Shown here: positions 41,101 through 54,007 of the stretch, piece after piece
Position numbering within the stretch: position 1 is the first letter of the stretch
How the letters are laid out: each line of letters begins with the position of its first letter
Assembly: GCA_973851085.1 (NCBI GenBank)
Contig: OZ316776.1
Location: forward strand, 9,920,001 to 9,984,000
From: Ptychomitrium polyphyllum
Lineage: Eukaryota
Direction of reading: 5' to 3'
DNA length: 64,000 nucleotides
The notes under the pieces: model-generated
Told to the model about the DNA's origin: nothing
Database searches by the model: none
Seen by the model: only the letters and a program-made list of their open reading frames with translations
Translations under genes and position numbers: made by a program

Positions 41101-43529
41101 TATATCAAAATATCATCCAAGTAAATGACTACAAAATTGCCCAAATATTCATAGAAGATATCAGTCATTATATGTTAGAAAATTGCAAGGATATCAATAA
41201 GGCCAAGAAATATGACATTGTATTCAAAATGGCCATACCTATATTAAAAGGCTGTCTTCCATTTGTCTCCTTCTTTGATGCATACAAGATTGTATGCTTG
41301 CTTAAAATCAATCTTAGTGAAAATCTTTGCTTAGCCAAATTGATGTATGAGTCTTGAGATTAATGGTAATAGATACCAATTCTTCTTGGTCATTTTATTA
41401 AAGTCTTGATAGTCCACATACATACGTAATGATCCATCCTTGTCCTTTACAAATAGGATGGATGTTCCAGCGGATGATTTAGAGTATTGGATGAACTCAT
41501 TCCCGAGGTTTTTATCAATCTATTCTTTCAAGGCACTCAATTCGGTTTGTGATAGATTATAAACAAGTCCAAGAGGTAATTGGACTCTTTCTTGCAATTC
41601 CATGGCACAATTATAAGATCGATACTTTGGTAATATGTCCAATTTTTTTTTCAAAAATATCTTTATAGTCTTGGTATTGATGAGGTATGCCCTCTTTATT
41701 CTTTGCCATAGAGCCGGACATTGGCATAGCATAAATGGCATAGATTGGCTTATCCTTCACTGCTCTCATGAATGCCTTAACTCTAATAAATGATGGTTCA
41801 AGATTTCTTATATCTTGACGTGTTTTTCTTGAGACCACACTCCATGAGTGCCAATCAATGTTTGAATTATGTAATTCAAACTAAGGAAGGCCCCAAAAAA
41901 TAGGATTCGTTTGACATTGAATGATGATGAAGACAATCTTACATGCTTAGTACCCTAAAACAACCTCCAAAGGTTGAGTTTCTTCAATAACATTACCAGA
42001 TGTAAGAGATCTTCCATCGATAATTTCAACAGATGCAGGGTGTTATTTATTCTCAAGCACAATGTGGTGTTTGGTTGCAAAATCCTTGTCAATGAAGCAT
42101 GCCTTTGTACAAGTGTCCAAAAATACTTCACTAATTAATTCATCATCTAATAATTTAATTTTGATAGGAAATGTTAAGCAAAAAGTAAGGGTTGGAAGTA
42201 GTAAGAGACCTTGATTTAATGGTTGTTTTCTTATAGTGTCCAATCGCATGGTTCCTACTATGATCGGACATCCTTGTTTCCAACTCCATCATTGTACTTT
42301 GAGTCTTAAAAGCAAATCCTTTGATTTGGCAATTGCGCACTTTATATCCAGAATTACTACAATACAAGCATAGGTTTCCTCTTTGACGCCTTTCTTTTTT
42401 TTTTGGAGTCAAATGTCTAAATTTGGAAATATCAATTTGTGTAGGTTCTGGTCCTTGTGTTTGGCTCTCCGATACTCTTTAAGAAGTTGTTGGCATACCT
42501 TGATATTTTGGTCACCATCCCAAGCGTTGTTCTTGGCACCTCTCAAATAGTCTATTGTAATATGCTATTATTTGAATGATGAATTTGTCCAACATTTCAA
42601 CCTTTGGCATTGTGAATAGCAAGTCCTTGACATTCTCTCTTAAGCCCCATAAAAATTGTATAATCAAGGCTTTGTCATTCCAATCAAGGTCGCAAGCTAG
42701 TTGTCAAAACTTTGCAGTATATATAGCAACCAAGCATTGTCATCGTTGTAGTCTTTAAATCCTTGTATCATCCACTCTCTCTCAGACGGTGTCTCCAAAA
42801 GTAGATATCAACGCTTCTATAAGAGCATTTAAGTTGTTCAATAATGGTGACTGCTTCTCTATTAATGGTGCAAATTACAATAGTGCGTTGTTTGATAGAA
42901 GAGTGGCTACAAATCTCACTTGAATTATGCCATCATGATAGCGAGATTGAGGCAAACTAAAGAAGAACCTTACTTATTGAACAAATCCTTTCAACTTTGA
43001 TCTTGATCCATCAAACTTGTCTGGCATGCTAATCTTTGGCTCTACATGGTTTTTACGTAAGCCTTCTCTTCTAATATTGGCCTCTTGCAATCAAACAACC
43101 TCTTAATATAGATTTTGAATATCACCATTGGATTCTTCAGCTTGTCAAGTATATTGCTTGAAATTGTTGGTAGTGTTGAAGTGAGCAAGTTCCGTTCGAA
43201 CTGTGTTTAATAACTCTTGAAAGTCTGCAATAGTTGCAAACCTATTTTCTGATGTTCCAAGCATGTTATCCATTACTTAAGACCGTCAATGATAAGAAGA
43301 CTATAAATACCTTGAAAAGAAGGTACTCCATGTCTTTTAAAAGATTGATTCTTTTTGAAAAAGAAGTAGCACCTGCTTTTAGAAGGAGAAATCAACTTTA
43401 TGGTAACAGATTAGAGGAAGGTAATCCGCAACTTCTAAGACACAATGGGATCTTAAAAAAGATGGATAATCCACTATTTTCTTTAAAGAACCTTAGCTTT
43501 GATAAAAATGAAGAGTAGTCTTGCTAAAT

Positions 43530-44005
43530 TGTTACGGACACAAGAAACAAGAAGTAGAATTCAAAAGTTTCCCAAGAATTAACTTCTAAAGAACTAATGA
43601 TGAACTAGAACTGATACAAAGACTAGAGTAAGGCAAGATAGAATATGATCTATAACTTGTGTTAGCAAGACTGAGGTATACCTTGTCTTGCCTCCCATAT
43701 ATACTATGACGTTTATATAACCTAAAATACTTCTAAAGAAGCTTCCTACAAGGCTTAAGAATGTTATAGAGGTCTATAAAACCTTCCTAAGAAATTTCCC
43801 AAGATAGTGGAACCCTCATAAATAACTTTTAAGGAATTGAAACTTTTCTAGAAATTTCTTAAGGTGGTGAAATCTTCCAAGGAAGTTTTCCAAAGAGGTA
43901 GAAATGGCTATGGAAACATTGATAGTATTTTAAAAAGCTATTATAATATACCAGAAGTTTTTAGAAGGTTCTAAAGACTATGTTGCATGATTAATGTCCG
44001 TGACA
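43530..44005 (-). repeat. 5' LTR of the chromovirus
   Basis: TGTTACGGACA...TGTCCGTGACA termini; minus-strand TATA at ~43697-43703. Confidence 0.93.
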
Positions 44006-45737
44006 ATTTGTAGGATTAAGGTGTACTTATGATTTATTCATAATTTACAAAGCTCAAGTAATAACTTACATAAGTTAGGCTCATAGAAGGACATTGTAGT
44101 AAGCTACAAATTTAATCTTAACTTGGCAAATTTTGAATAATCTTACTTAACGTACCTTTGAATTTAAAGATAGAAGTAGAAAAGCAAAATCATTAGTGCT
44201 TTGTAATTAGACACAAATTGTTAGTGATTTTTTAATTTCAATAAAGAAGGAAAAAATATGAGTGGCTTAAAGTTAGAAGAAATAAATTTTATTTTCATAT
44301 CCAATCTTTTGAAGTCAAATTTTAAGTAAAACGAATTATTACATTAAACTTGATTAAATCAATTGAAATTCCATACAAAAAAAATTAGAAGGAAGTATAT
44401 AAATGAAACATGAAAGGTATTGACATGTCTTAATGGATTCTATTAACAAAAGTAAAACTCTTTTAAAGGATTTTGGCTAAAAGTTCATGCATAAAGTTGG
44501 CTACAAAAAACAAGAGATATTATCATTACATGTTTGGATATTGCCATATAGTTTTTGAATATTTATAATTAAAATAAGAAAATTTTTCATTCATAGTCAT
44601 TTTAAATGATAATCTTTTTATACAATTACAAATGTGTCTAATAAAAGAAAAAAAAAGACATAAAATTGAAATGTAAAGAAAAAAGCTTGAGATTAGCATT
44701 ATGAAGTTTAAAAATTCAATTAAGAAGTTTAGAAAACTTTTAAAAACACAAATCTTTATATTAAGATGCTTAATATTTAATAATTAAAGGATGTATTGAA
44801 AGTTTGGATTTTATTTAATAGATGTAGAAATAGAAATTTTTAAAATCAAACTTTATCATTTTTGGAAGATACCTATGATTTTTGTTCAAAAAAAGATGAT
44901 TGTAGAATTATCTTACATTTGCTTTAAGAAAAAATTTATTTAATTAATTTGAATAATAAAGAAGATCCATCATGTTATGTCATATGACAATTAAGATAGT
45001 TAGGTTTATTTTTAGAACTTAATAGAAGTTTAAAAATTGTGGAAGTTGAAAAGTTTTAGAAATTTAAGAGTATTAAAAGTTTGAACGAAAATAAAAATTA
45101 CTTATTTATATGTTAAAAACCTTACTTTTTCCTTCCCTTCTCTTCCTTTCTTGATTCTCTTAAATTTTTGCTTCAATTATTTAACTTCTATAGTTTATTT
45201 AGCTTAATTAAATTATTGTGGTTGAAGTTTAGGAATAGAAAGCTTTGCAAGTTTTGATGTAGATGATGGAAAACTTGCCTATTTATTAACTCTAGGTTAT
45301 TTTTTTGTTAGCTTCAATTGTTGAGTAGTAGAAACTTAAGTTTAAAACTAATTTCTTGCTTACAAGTATAAATGCTTGTTGGAAGTTCTTTAATAAGTTA
45401 TTGTTTGTACAACAAGTCTCTTGACATTTGTTAGGTGTTATTTTTATTTTCATAAGTAACACAATTGTTGAGTAGGTTTAAAGGAAAATAAAATAAACAA
45501 GACAATTAATACCATGCTCTAATGGCCAGCATCCATGGCTTGCAACAACAAGCTTAGGTTTATTGTTATCGGATTGCGGGAACTCAATGGTGGGTCCTCA
45601 ACAACAAGTGTTGGCTGTGCAACGCTAGGTCTTTGTAGGATCATCAAACAAAAGGTTTGAAAAATAAGGAATAAATTACATATAAATATTTACTTTATAT
45701 GTTAATATTTACATTCAAATAAACAGGTGAGTGGAAG

Positions 45738-46884
45738 CTAGCACTGCCAAGAACTCCTGAACTGCATTCTAGTTTTCCATGTAATATTCTCAAATGAATC
45801 ATCCGATGATGAGCCCACATTTTGCCTCATTGAAACAGATTTCCCACTATAGTAGCTGTCTGTAAGGTTATCAACCTCAACTCCAACCTTTGGATGCTCC
45901 TGGCACTCTTTTAGAAGTCGCTGTGCAACCAACTCAAACCCCGATGTCGGACAGTCCTCCAAATAACCCTTCTCTAAGGCAAAATGGAACACATTCTGAA
46001 TCTCAGTCGCGCTAAAAGCCTCAAAGTCAGAAAACTTCCTAGTGTATTGAGCTCCATTCGACTTCACCTCCTCAAGAAGCTCAAATTTTCTCTTCCGATT
46101 GCTTGGCTCCACAAACATTCTAGAGCCCTTTTCTATCCCCTGAACTTCATCTGTCAAGCATATCACGTCGACATTCACTGCATGGCAAGAACTCGCACTC
46201 AAAAGAACAACGATGAAAATACCCAACCGACCAAGGTGAATGAGAACTCCACACTGGGTGCACTACCCTGAAGCAGCTCGCTGCACCCACTGGAACCTAC
46301 TCCTCACGAGACTACAACAATCTAGTGCATGGAACAAAGGTAACCACTCAGTACATAAGAAACAATGCCCAGAAAAGCAATAACAGCAAATAACAATGCA
46401 CAGACCAGAGTGACGATACAGTGCACCAAGGTGCACTCCCACTCACACTCATGGGCACTCATCCCACACTATCACAATCCAGGGCACGGAAGGAACGACA
46501 GCACTCAGTCCATGCAAAGGCATAAGCTATTGAACTGACAATAATCAACAAAGTAATCAATCACAATCACAAGAGTGAGCATCCACTCCACCCTGGGTGC
46601 ACTGCCAATCAGGACTGCACTACATCCAAGTACATTGTGATTCAAACAAATTCTGCAAAAGCAACCTCTCCTTCCACTTGCAGCCGCTGATCCGGGATGT
46701 TTGCCTCATACGCTGATAGCTCATGAGCATACTTCCTATGATTGACAAGACCATCTTTCCGCTTGAACGAGGAATTGCCTGCTTCAATCTTGCATCGCCA
46801 AAGTTTCTTATCATCCCGAACCCAGTGAATATTAGACTCCACAAGATTATTGTGCAACGTTGCGGGCTGCTGCATAGGTTGCAT
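45738..46884 (-). pseudogene. Possible orphan gene or pseudogene with a degenerate C2H2 zinc finger (46642-46884) and a downstream coding-like exon (45738-46151)
   Basis: WRCKIEAGNSSFKRKDGLVNHRKYAH fits C2H2 spacing, with the second Cys replaced by Gly (GGC). Downstream ORF has an NLS-like SNRKRKF. The region is a GC-richer island between TE remnants. No complete splice model was found. Confidence 0.35.
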
Positions 46885-47399
46885 ATCCTACCTCATTGCA
46901 GTCCTCAGTGCAGCGGAATGACCAATGGTGTACTGCAATGATCTGCAAAGCAATGCAATGATGTCTGGTGCACTAGCAAACTCTGACCGTAAATCCTAAT
47001 TCTCTCTTAACAAATTGAGCTCATATTACAAATTATAAGAAATCAGACAACAGAGTTTTATGGACAACGTAATGTTACTCGGAAATGTAACCTTTTATTT
47101 TAACTGTTGAAAAATATAAAGTTTCTTTCTCAACCACAACATTCTTGTCCAAGCTTCATTGCCAATATAAACAAAAGCAACTTTTTAGCTCCTTGACCAT
47201 TATTATGGTCATATGAAATTCTTCATTTTGCTTGGATAGAGTTTTAGTCTTGATCCTCAATGCTTCAAGGGCATTTATGATTGAATCTAATTTTGCTTCT
47301 TTTGAATCTGTCATATTGATCTCTTCACTTCTTAATATGGAAATGACATAAAAATAAATAAATATTGCTAAATAATAATAAAAACTAAGGAAAATTCAA

Positions 47400-47929
47400 G
47401 AAGCAATATTAATTTGGAAGAAAGTAATCCGCAACCTCTAGAGCTTTATAGTACTTCCAAAAAGAAGAATGATCCACTCTCTATTAAGAAAGACTAAGCT
47501 TTGATATTGTTATATAACAATCTTAACAAGTTGTTATAGAAAGAATAACAACAAGGCAAGGCTTTTAAGACTCTTAGATGTGGAATAAAGTATTTTCAAG
47601 GTATATTAGATGCAAAGAGTTATAACAAGTAATAGAGACGGGGTTAGGAGGTTTGAACTAGGCCATAAAAGATGTATTATTGAGGCTAAAGATTTCTTTA
47701 GCCTCAACTCCTATATATTAGGATTGTAAGCTTTAGAAGCTTTTTGAGAAGCTTCTAATACAATACTTTGTATTTAAGCAACCTCGGATTGTTTCTTTAA
47801 AAGCTTCTTCAACCAAAGTAAGTTCTATAAAAATCTCTTGAATCAAGGAAATTTCTTTAGAAGCGTCTTTTATCTTCTTAAACCTTCTAAGAACCTTTCT
47901 AGATGCTTCTAATATGTATGTCCGTGACA
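47400..47929 (-). mobile_element. Truncated chromovirus-related element: 5' leader remnant plus LTR (~47532-47929) of a different family
   Basis: Ends in TGTCCGTGACA at 47929. 47417-47530 (GTAATCCGCAAC...GATCCACT...AGCTTTGATA) resembles the leader at 43415-43529. The left boundary is approximate. Confidence 0.7.
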
Positions 47930-50900
47930 CCTCATACTAATCACATTTAACCATTGTTTACTCTAAAATTTAACTCTTAATCCAATACTTGATGGAAACT
48001 TGTCTTTTTTTCCACTATATCAAGTTATATTGCATTTCTATTGGTGTGAGCTTTTCAACCATAATCTAACTTAGTATCATATCTAGCTTATAACTTCTAA
48101 TCAATCTAATTTGGAGAACTTGTCCCTCTTTTCTTAATTCAACCATTTCTTTATTAGGACCATAGGACCAGATTATGGAGATAGTTAATTATTAAGGGAA
48201 TTACACTAAGATGGTCATTGGAAATTTTATACAAGAGGCGTGTCTTGATTGCGGCCACTGCCATAACTGCAAGTCCAAGGGTGGGCAATCAGGAGCATTT
48301 GCTTGTATGCCCAGTCTCGTCTCTAAATCTAAATTGGGGGTAATCAAGGTTAGACTGTGGCGGCTCAAGTGCCACGAGGGATTCCACGACCGACTACATA
48401 GTTACAAGGCAGACTGGTATGTATCGCTTGGTTTGCAAGCTTGGTGGTCGAGGTTGCGTGAGTCTCTCTGGTTCCAAGCCCTAGTGTTGATAAGAATTCC
48501 GAGGAGCGCCCATTGCTAAGGCATCCCAGCTTCATCTACTATTGTTCTCGTGCTGCGTGAGGGTGAACGTGCATCTTTCATGTTCCACTGTTATAGGAGA
48601 TTCCTTTGCGCGTGCAGACATAACATAAGCAAGAATGAGTGACATGTTGGAGCGTGCGTGGTGGATATGATCACCTTCGGTCATGGCAATGTGTGGCCTG
48701 CTTTGCATTGCATCCTGCGGCTTCATGTTATAGCGTGGCTGTGTCCAACTTAGGCAAACCTAGCAATAACAAGACCATCAGCAATACAACTACAAAGCAG
48801 TCCGACTGAAAATGAGGACAGTAACAATGGAGCAGTGGAGGTGGAGATGGCAGCAGTGATTTAGGAAGCATCCTGTCATCGATTTACAGTAAGAGCAATT
48901 ACTTGGAGGAGACAACTATTGGGCTGCCAGGTGGTTAGGAGAAGTTGCAATAAGATAATTAAAGGGAAGAAATTGGACTTCATTTACAACAATAGCAACG
49001 GGCTTCATTTACAATTAGGTCGTTCCTTATTAAACAAATTTCAATAAAAATAAAAGCTCATGTAGTGATAAGATTCCTAGTACAATAAATAGAATTAAGA
49101 ATTAGTAGAATTGTTAAAATTTAAATTATAATGCAATTTAGGTATTTAGATATTCACAATTAGGAGTGTGTGAACGGATAAAACTTCCAAATTATAAAGG
49201 AATTTCATTTGACTTTCAATTAACAATCTTGAATTGTTAGTTCTTCATCACAAGTAAGGTTGTATGTGAATTCACTATTGTGAAAGAAACCATTCATTGT
49301 AAATAGAGTAGACTAAATTAAGCATGTTGAATTATACTACAAATGTAAAATCTATACTTGACAAATCATGAAACTGTGTGAGGCTATGTTCCTTCTTATT
49401 AGAGGAAGTTTTATTTGATTTATATTGGAGCAAATATTAATTAAAATTTAAGTCCATTTTGAATCTAGGTGATTACGATCATAGTTTGCATTTGGTTGTT
49501 GAGGTAATTAATTGATGATAAATTTTGTCCTCAATTGCTAAATTAGTCATTCAATTTAAAACTACAACACAATTTATATAACATATAATTATGAGTAGGA
49601 TTGTGTGAAGTAGTAATCTTCTAATTTGCAAAAGTTTTATTTAGCTTGCATTTAAGAAGACATCAAATTTTCTTTTGCTGTTCAATTTGTAAGGACAAGT
49701 CATGGTGACCTTGTTTCTAAATGGATTTGTTTTAGATTTGTATAAACTAATTATAAAATAGGTACGCTTAAAATACAATCTAATGGCAATATATAGAGAT
49801 GCAATAATCTTCTTTGCAATTTTTACCACTATAATTGGATCTATATACGTAGAGTCATGCTTTATAAAAGATTTGTTGTAAAAGCTTTGGTTCAAGAGAT
49901 TTATTTTGAAGTATCAGTCAATTGTACAAAGTAATACAAATTACTTTCAATAAATATTTTGAAGGCTTAAACTTTGGCTTAAGGAAATAAATTGTCTTCA
50001 CTAAGAATGGAATGTCATTCCACGCATCATCATTACTTCAACAAACTTATAAAATTTATTAACAAAACTTTAAATTTTTATTTAACTAAATATTTTTTTA
50101 AATTATACACTTTGTTGGATTGAACAAATAGTGAGCTATGTATTAAAAAGAAGGTCAAATGTTATAAGAATATGTGAAAATATTGTATTTTGGTCTATTA
50201 TTATAATATGGATTTGTACATTATACTTTGATTATTAATGGCCCATATAAACGATTCTATATAAATATACATATATATACTAGTTTTTTTCTTTTTATCA
50301 TTTAACTTTTTTTGAAAAGTATTAATCTCAATGTAGCATATTAAGAAGCTAGCCAATTAGACTACTAGCATATAATTAACATATTGGAAGTGTCTATGAT
50401 TATGATAGAAAAATAGTAATGTTAATAGATGAATGATTAAGAATTTTATCAAATTTTAATACAAATACATGATAGAAGATAAAATGGATTGATAATGCTA
50501 CAAATAATTTTTAAAAAATATTTTAATAATGTCTACTAAATTTCAATTTTAAATACTATCACATAACATTTTTTTTAAAACTCTATTTGCATGGATTTAT
50601 TCATCTATGATTTATTTGTGATAAATTGGAGTGAAACAAAAATTATAAAATCAAATGATAAGCATTAGTCAAATTAGATGTTACTTCATAACAAAGCTTT
50701 TGTTTGAATAGCATAGCAAATTAAGTTTTAGAATGCCATATTTGATGAGAATCATGAACAATATTAAAAACTAACTCTTTATTTCCAACAACTTCCTTAA
50801 ACTTTGACAAAAGATGTTTCTAAATAAATTAAGCTAGTGATTTGATGATTTAAAATGATCTCTTTTGTCATAGCAACCATAGGATCTTCACCTCTACAAC

Positions 50901-53900
50901 TTTAAAATCCTATAGGAAAAAAACATTAGAAGATTTATAATAGACTAGATAATTTAAATATTTGATTTAAGAGAATTAAATCATTTTTGTGGCCTTGAGA
51001 TTTTTTCTGCTTTATATTATTCTAAAAACAGAGTACAATAAACATTCACTCATGAATGCAAGTGTGGCTTCAATCCGATTGTACAAATTTTTCATAGAAT
51101 TTATTATGAATTTTTTTCCTTAAAACATATTGTGATTAAAACCTATAATCAAAAATTTTCATTATGAAAAACTTAAGATTTGCAATAGACTTTAAAATGC
51201 ATCAATTATTATTTTGTTAGATCTAACATTAATCCACTTGTAAGGAAAATTATTAGAATAAAAAAATTTATAATGAAAGTTTAATGAGATCCAATCTTGG
51301 ACATTTAAGCATTACATGATTAAAGAATGATATTTTGATTTTAAATTGGCAGTACAGAGATTAACCTCACTTCAATCATGACCAATAATAGTAAGAAACA
51401 TTTTGATTGTACTTTTTGATCAAATTAAAATCTTTGTTCACATGATGATAAAGTTGTCATTGCTAGGAGCTCACTAAACTTTTGAATTTCTCAAACTACA
51501 TTGAAAGAATTTCAGCATGACCATCAAGACAGATGGAGGAGTATCAAAAAATGAGAGTAAGCACATAGAATATGTACAAATTATTCCATCAAAGCAACCT
51601 CTTCACATGATGGTTAGCGTCACTCTAAGTTAACTAGTCTGGAGCTCTTTAAGAGTACAGGAGGTGATAGCTAGTAAGCTCCACTTTTAACACAACCATG
51701 ATTCATCCATGCTCAGAATAACTTACTATCAGCCCCTAACATAGGTTTACTTAGATGCCAAGAGTGCAAGCGTTAACCAAGAAAATAAATTTTCAGTTCC
51801 CCACTCATCAAGTACTTCCCATGATAGTTCAATAGCCATGCCTTGCTACACTAGTACTGGTGTACCAAGGCATGAAGCCTCATTGAAATTTAAATACCCA
51901 TAATAACAAGTCAATGTTGCCTGAGTAACCAATATGTCAGAGAAGCCCGAAGCTTGTTATTCCTAGAATTTGGAATCACAAATGTGTATTTAACTTTTCT
52001 TTTTAAAATAGGTAAATAAATTCAAGTTTTTAATTTTATGAATCATGTGAGTTCATTCTAATTTGCCAAGTAAACTCACTTGACACGCCCTTGTGGTGTT
52101 ATCTAGACTTTGAACACAAATAAACTTAGCAATATAAAATATTCATAAATAGACATGTTCGTTAAGAAAATAAGTTGGTTATGGATTAAGTGTTATCCGT
52201 AGATTTTTTAGTCCATGGGTTAAGCACCTCATATGTTTGCACATATCATAGGATCAATAATGTTATACTTTGGCTAACATAACATTCTTTAGCACTTTGA
52301 GGTTGTTAGATACGACAAGTCTCAAAAAATTAAAAATTACTTGTTGTATGACAAACCTTTTAGACATGACAAGGAATACAATAAACATGAAAAATGTTTT
52401 TCAAGTATCCTTGAATATTCATGGATAATTCAAATGTTCTTTAGGATTTGTAATGGTCATGATGGTTGTTGAATTTAACAACCATGCCCTTGAGGCAACA
52501 AACCCATAACCATATCTTTAAGACAAGTGAATATGATTATTAATAATAAATCACAAATTTCAGTGAATTGATCCCTATCTTCAATTTTCAATCTTTAGGA
52601 GGGAAGGTGTCCAAAGGGTCAATCATGAATGCTGTGTTAGCAGGCTTGCTAAACAGGCTTGTTAACAGATCTAATTTCATGTCAGACTGGCTCCTCTTAC
52701 AAAAGCCTTGTGAACCTGGAAGCAGGAAAAGAAAACAAGACTCAATTGGCTCTAGAAGCACATGTCAAATTACTATCCTACAGTTCAAATCTAATTTGGC
52801 GTTTGCAAGCACACTTACCAAAACACAGCTCATATCTTTCAGGCTGCATCATAGATGTAATCCTTTATCATACAAGTATCATTCGTTAGAAAGGGATTCG
52901 AGAATTTAAGACTTACGAATGCACAGAAGGATGAAAATAAAAAGTACTCGCCCACAAGGATTCAACAATCACGTTTCCTAAACAATCTTTCATAACTGCA
53001 TAGCACTGGCGCTAGACTGAACTCATCTTCTCATTGGACATCTTAAACGCAAAAGTGAACCGATCAGCATCCCAAGACGGAGACCTTAGACAAGGTTTCT
53101 ACCAAGAGAACTGGGAATAATCCAGCACAAAAGGAGAGCATAAAATGATCACAAGCAAACTTGATACCTTCGGTTACAAGTAAGAAAATAGATCTTGCGT
53201 GGAAGATGACACAAAAGATGGAGAAAAATGATACAACTATCCCAAATCGTGCAAGCTGGAAAGACATCAACTGCATGCAGAGCACAGCTGTTCAAAACAT
53301 CATACTGTAGTATAAACACGTCACCATAACCTCCACAATACCTGACATAGAACACATAGAATAATAAATTTTGTAAATTCTAGATGTTAAGTGGTCAAAA
53401 GATAAGTCCCCAGGAAACAACATTAAGTTTTCTACTAGGGATCTTGAACAATTTAGCCTCAACTATACTATGCCCAACAAACGGTAAGTGCAAAATACAG
53501 AATTTTATGTTTCCAATACGACATCCCCGCAAAAGTTTGGTGGCCAACAGTGGAAACGCATCCGAACAGCTCAACCTAGGCAGGAAAATGTAGAAAAACT
53601 TCAGATCAAACTTGAATGGAGTATCCTTGGTCTTTGTAACAACAAATCCTCCTTCAACCAAGGACTATCACTGCCGACACGAACATTGACCAGATACAAA
53701 GTGGTGCCGCTACACCATCACTACCTTCCACCTGCCTGCAAGCCGGTAGGGTTTTCCACCAAATAAACAGTCTGGATAACTTAGGGCACCTATCTTCCTC
53801 CCTATATGCATTCCTTGCAACTGTTTCCTCAAACTTACAGGGTGCTAAGGTTTTAGCTCTGAGGCTGTAAGACTTTTTACTCAAAACAAATGTATCAAGA

Positions 53901-54007
53901 TGAGCCAATTGGGCACAAAGGCCACAGGAGTTGTTGAAGTCAATCGAGCGTTCTTGAGGAGTTCCAGGCAACATGCCTTCCAAGCTACTTGGCTGCAGCG
54001 GAAGGGA

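Larger units (their letters stand above)
37645..44005 (-). mobile_element. Degenerate full-length Ty3/Gypsy chromovirus (Tcn1-like) LTR retrotransposon
   Basis: Direct LTRs at 37645-38121 and 43530-44005; 5-bp TSD ATTTG (37640-37644 and 44006-44010); PPT next to the 3' LTR (plus strand TCACCTCCTCCTCT, 38122-38135). Gag with zinc knuckle CLYCSNSGYKVRNC; protease FLDTCT; RT VVIYLDDILIYS (~41100-41135); RNase H NYDIHDKELLAIV; integrase MDFITDL; chromodomain EYEVKEVL...YLVHWQGY...TWE (38783-38977). Many stops. Confidence 0.96.

Noticed and set aside
52568..53983. Several short ORFs downstream of MLK
   Set aside because: Located in the probable 3' UTR or flank; no motifs and no consistent exon structure.
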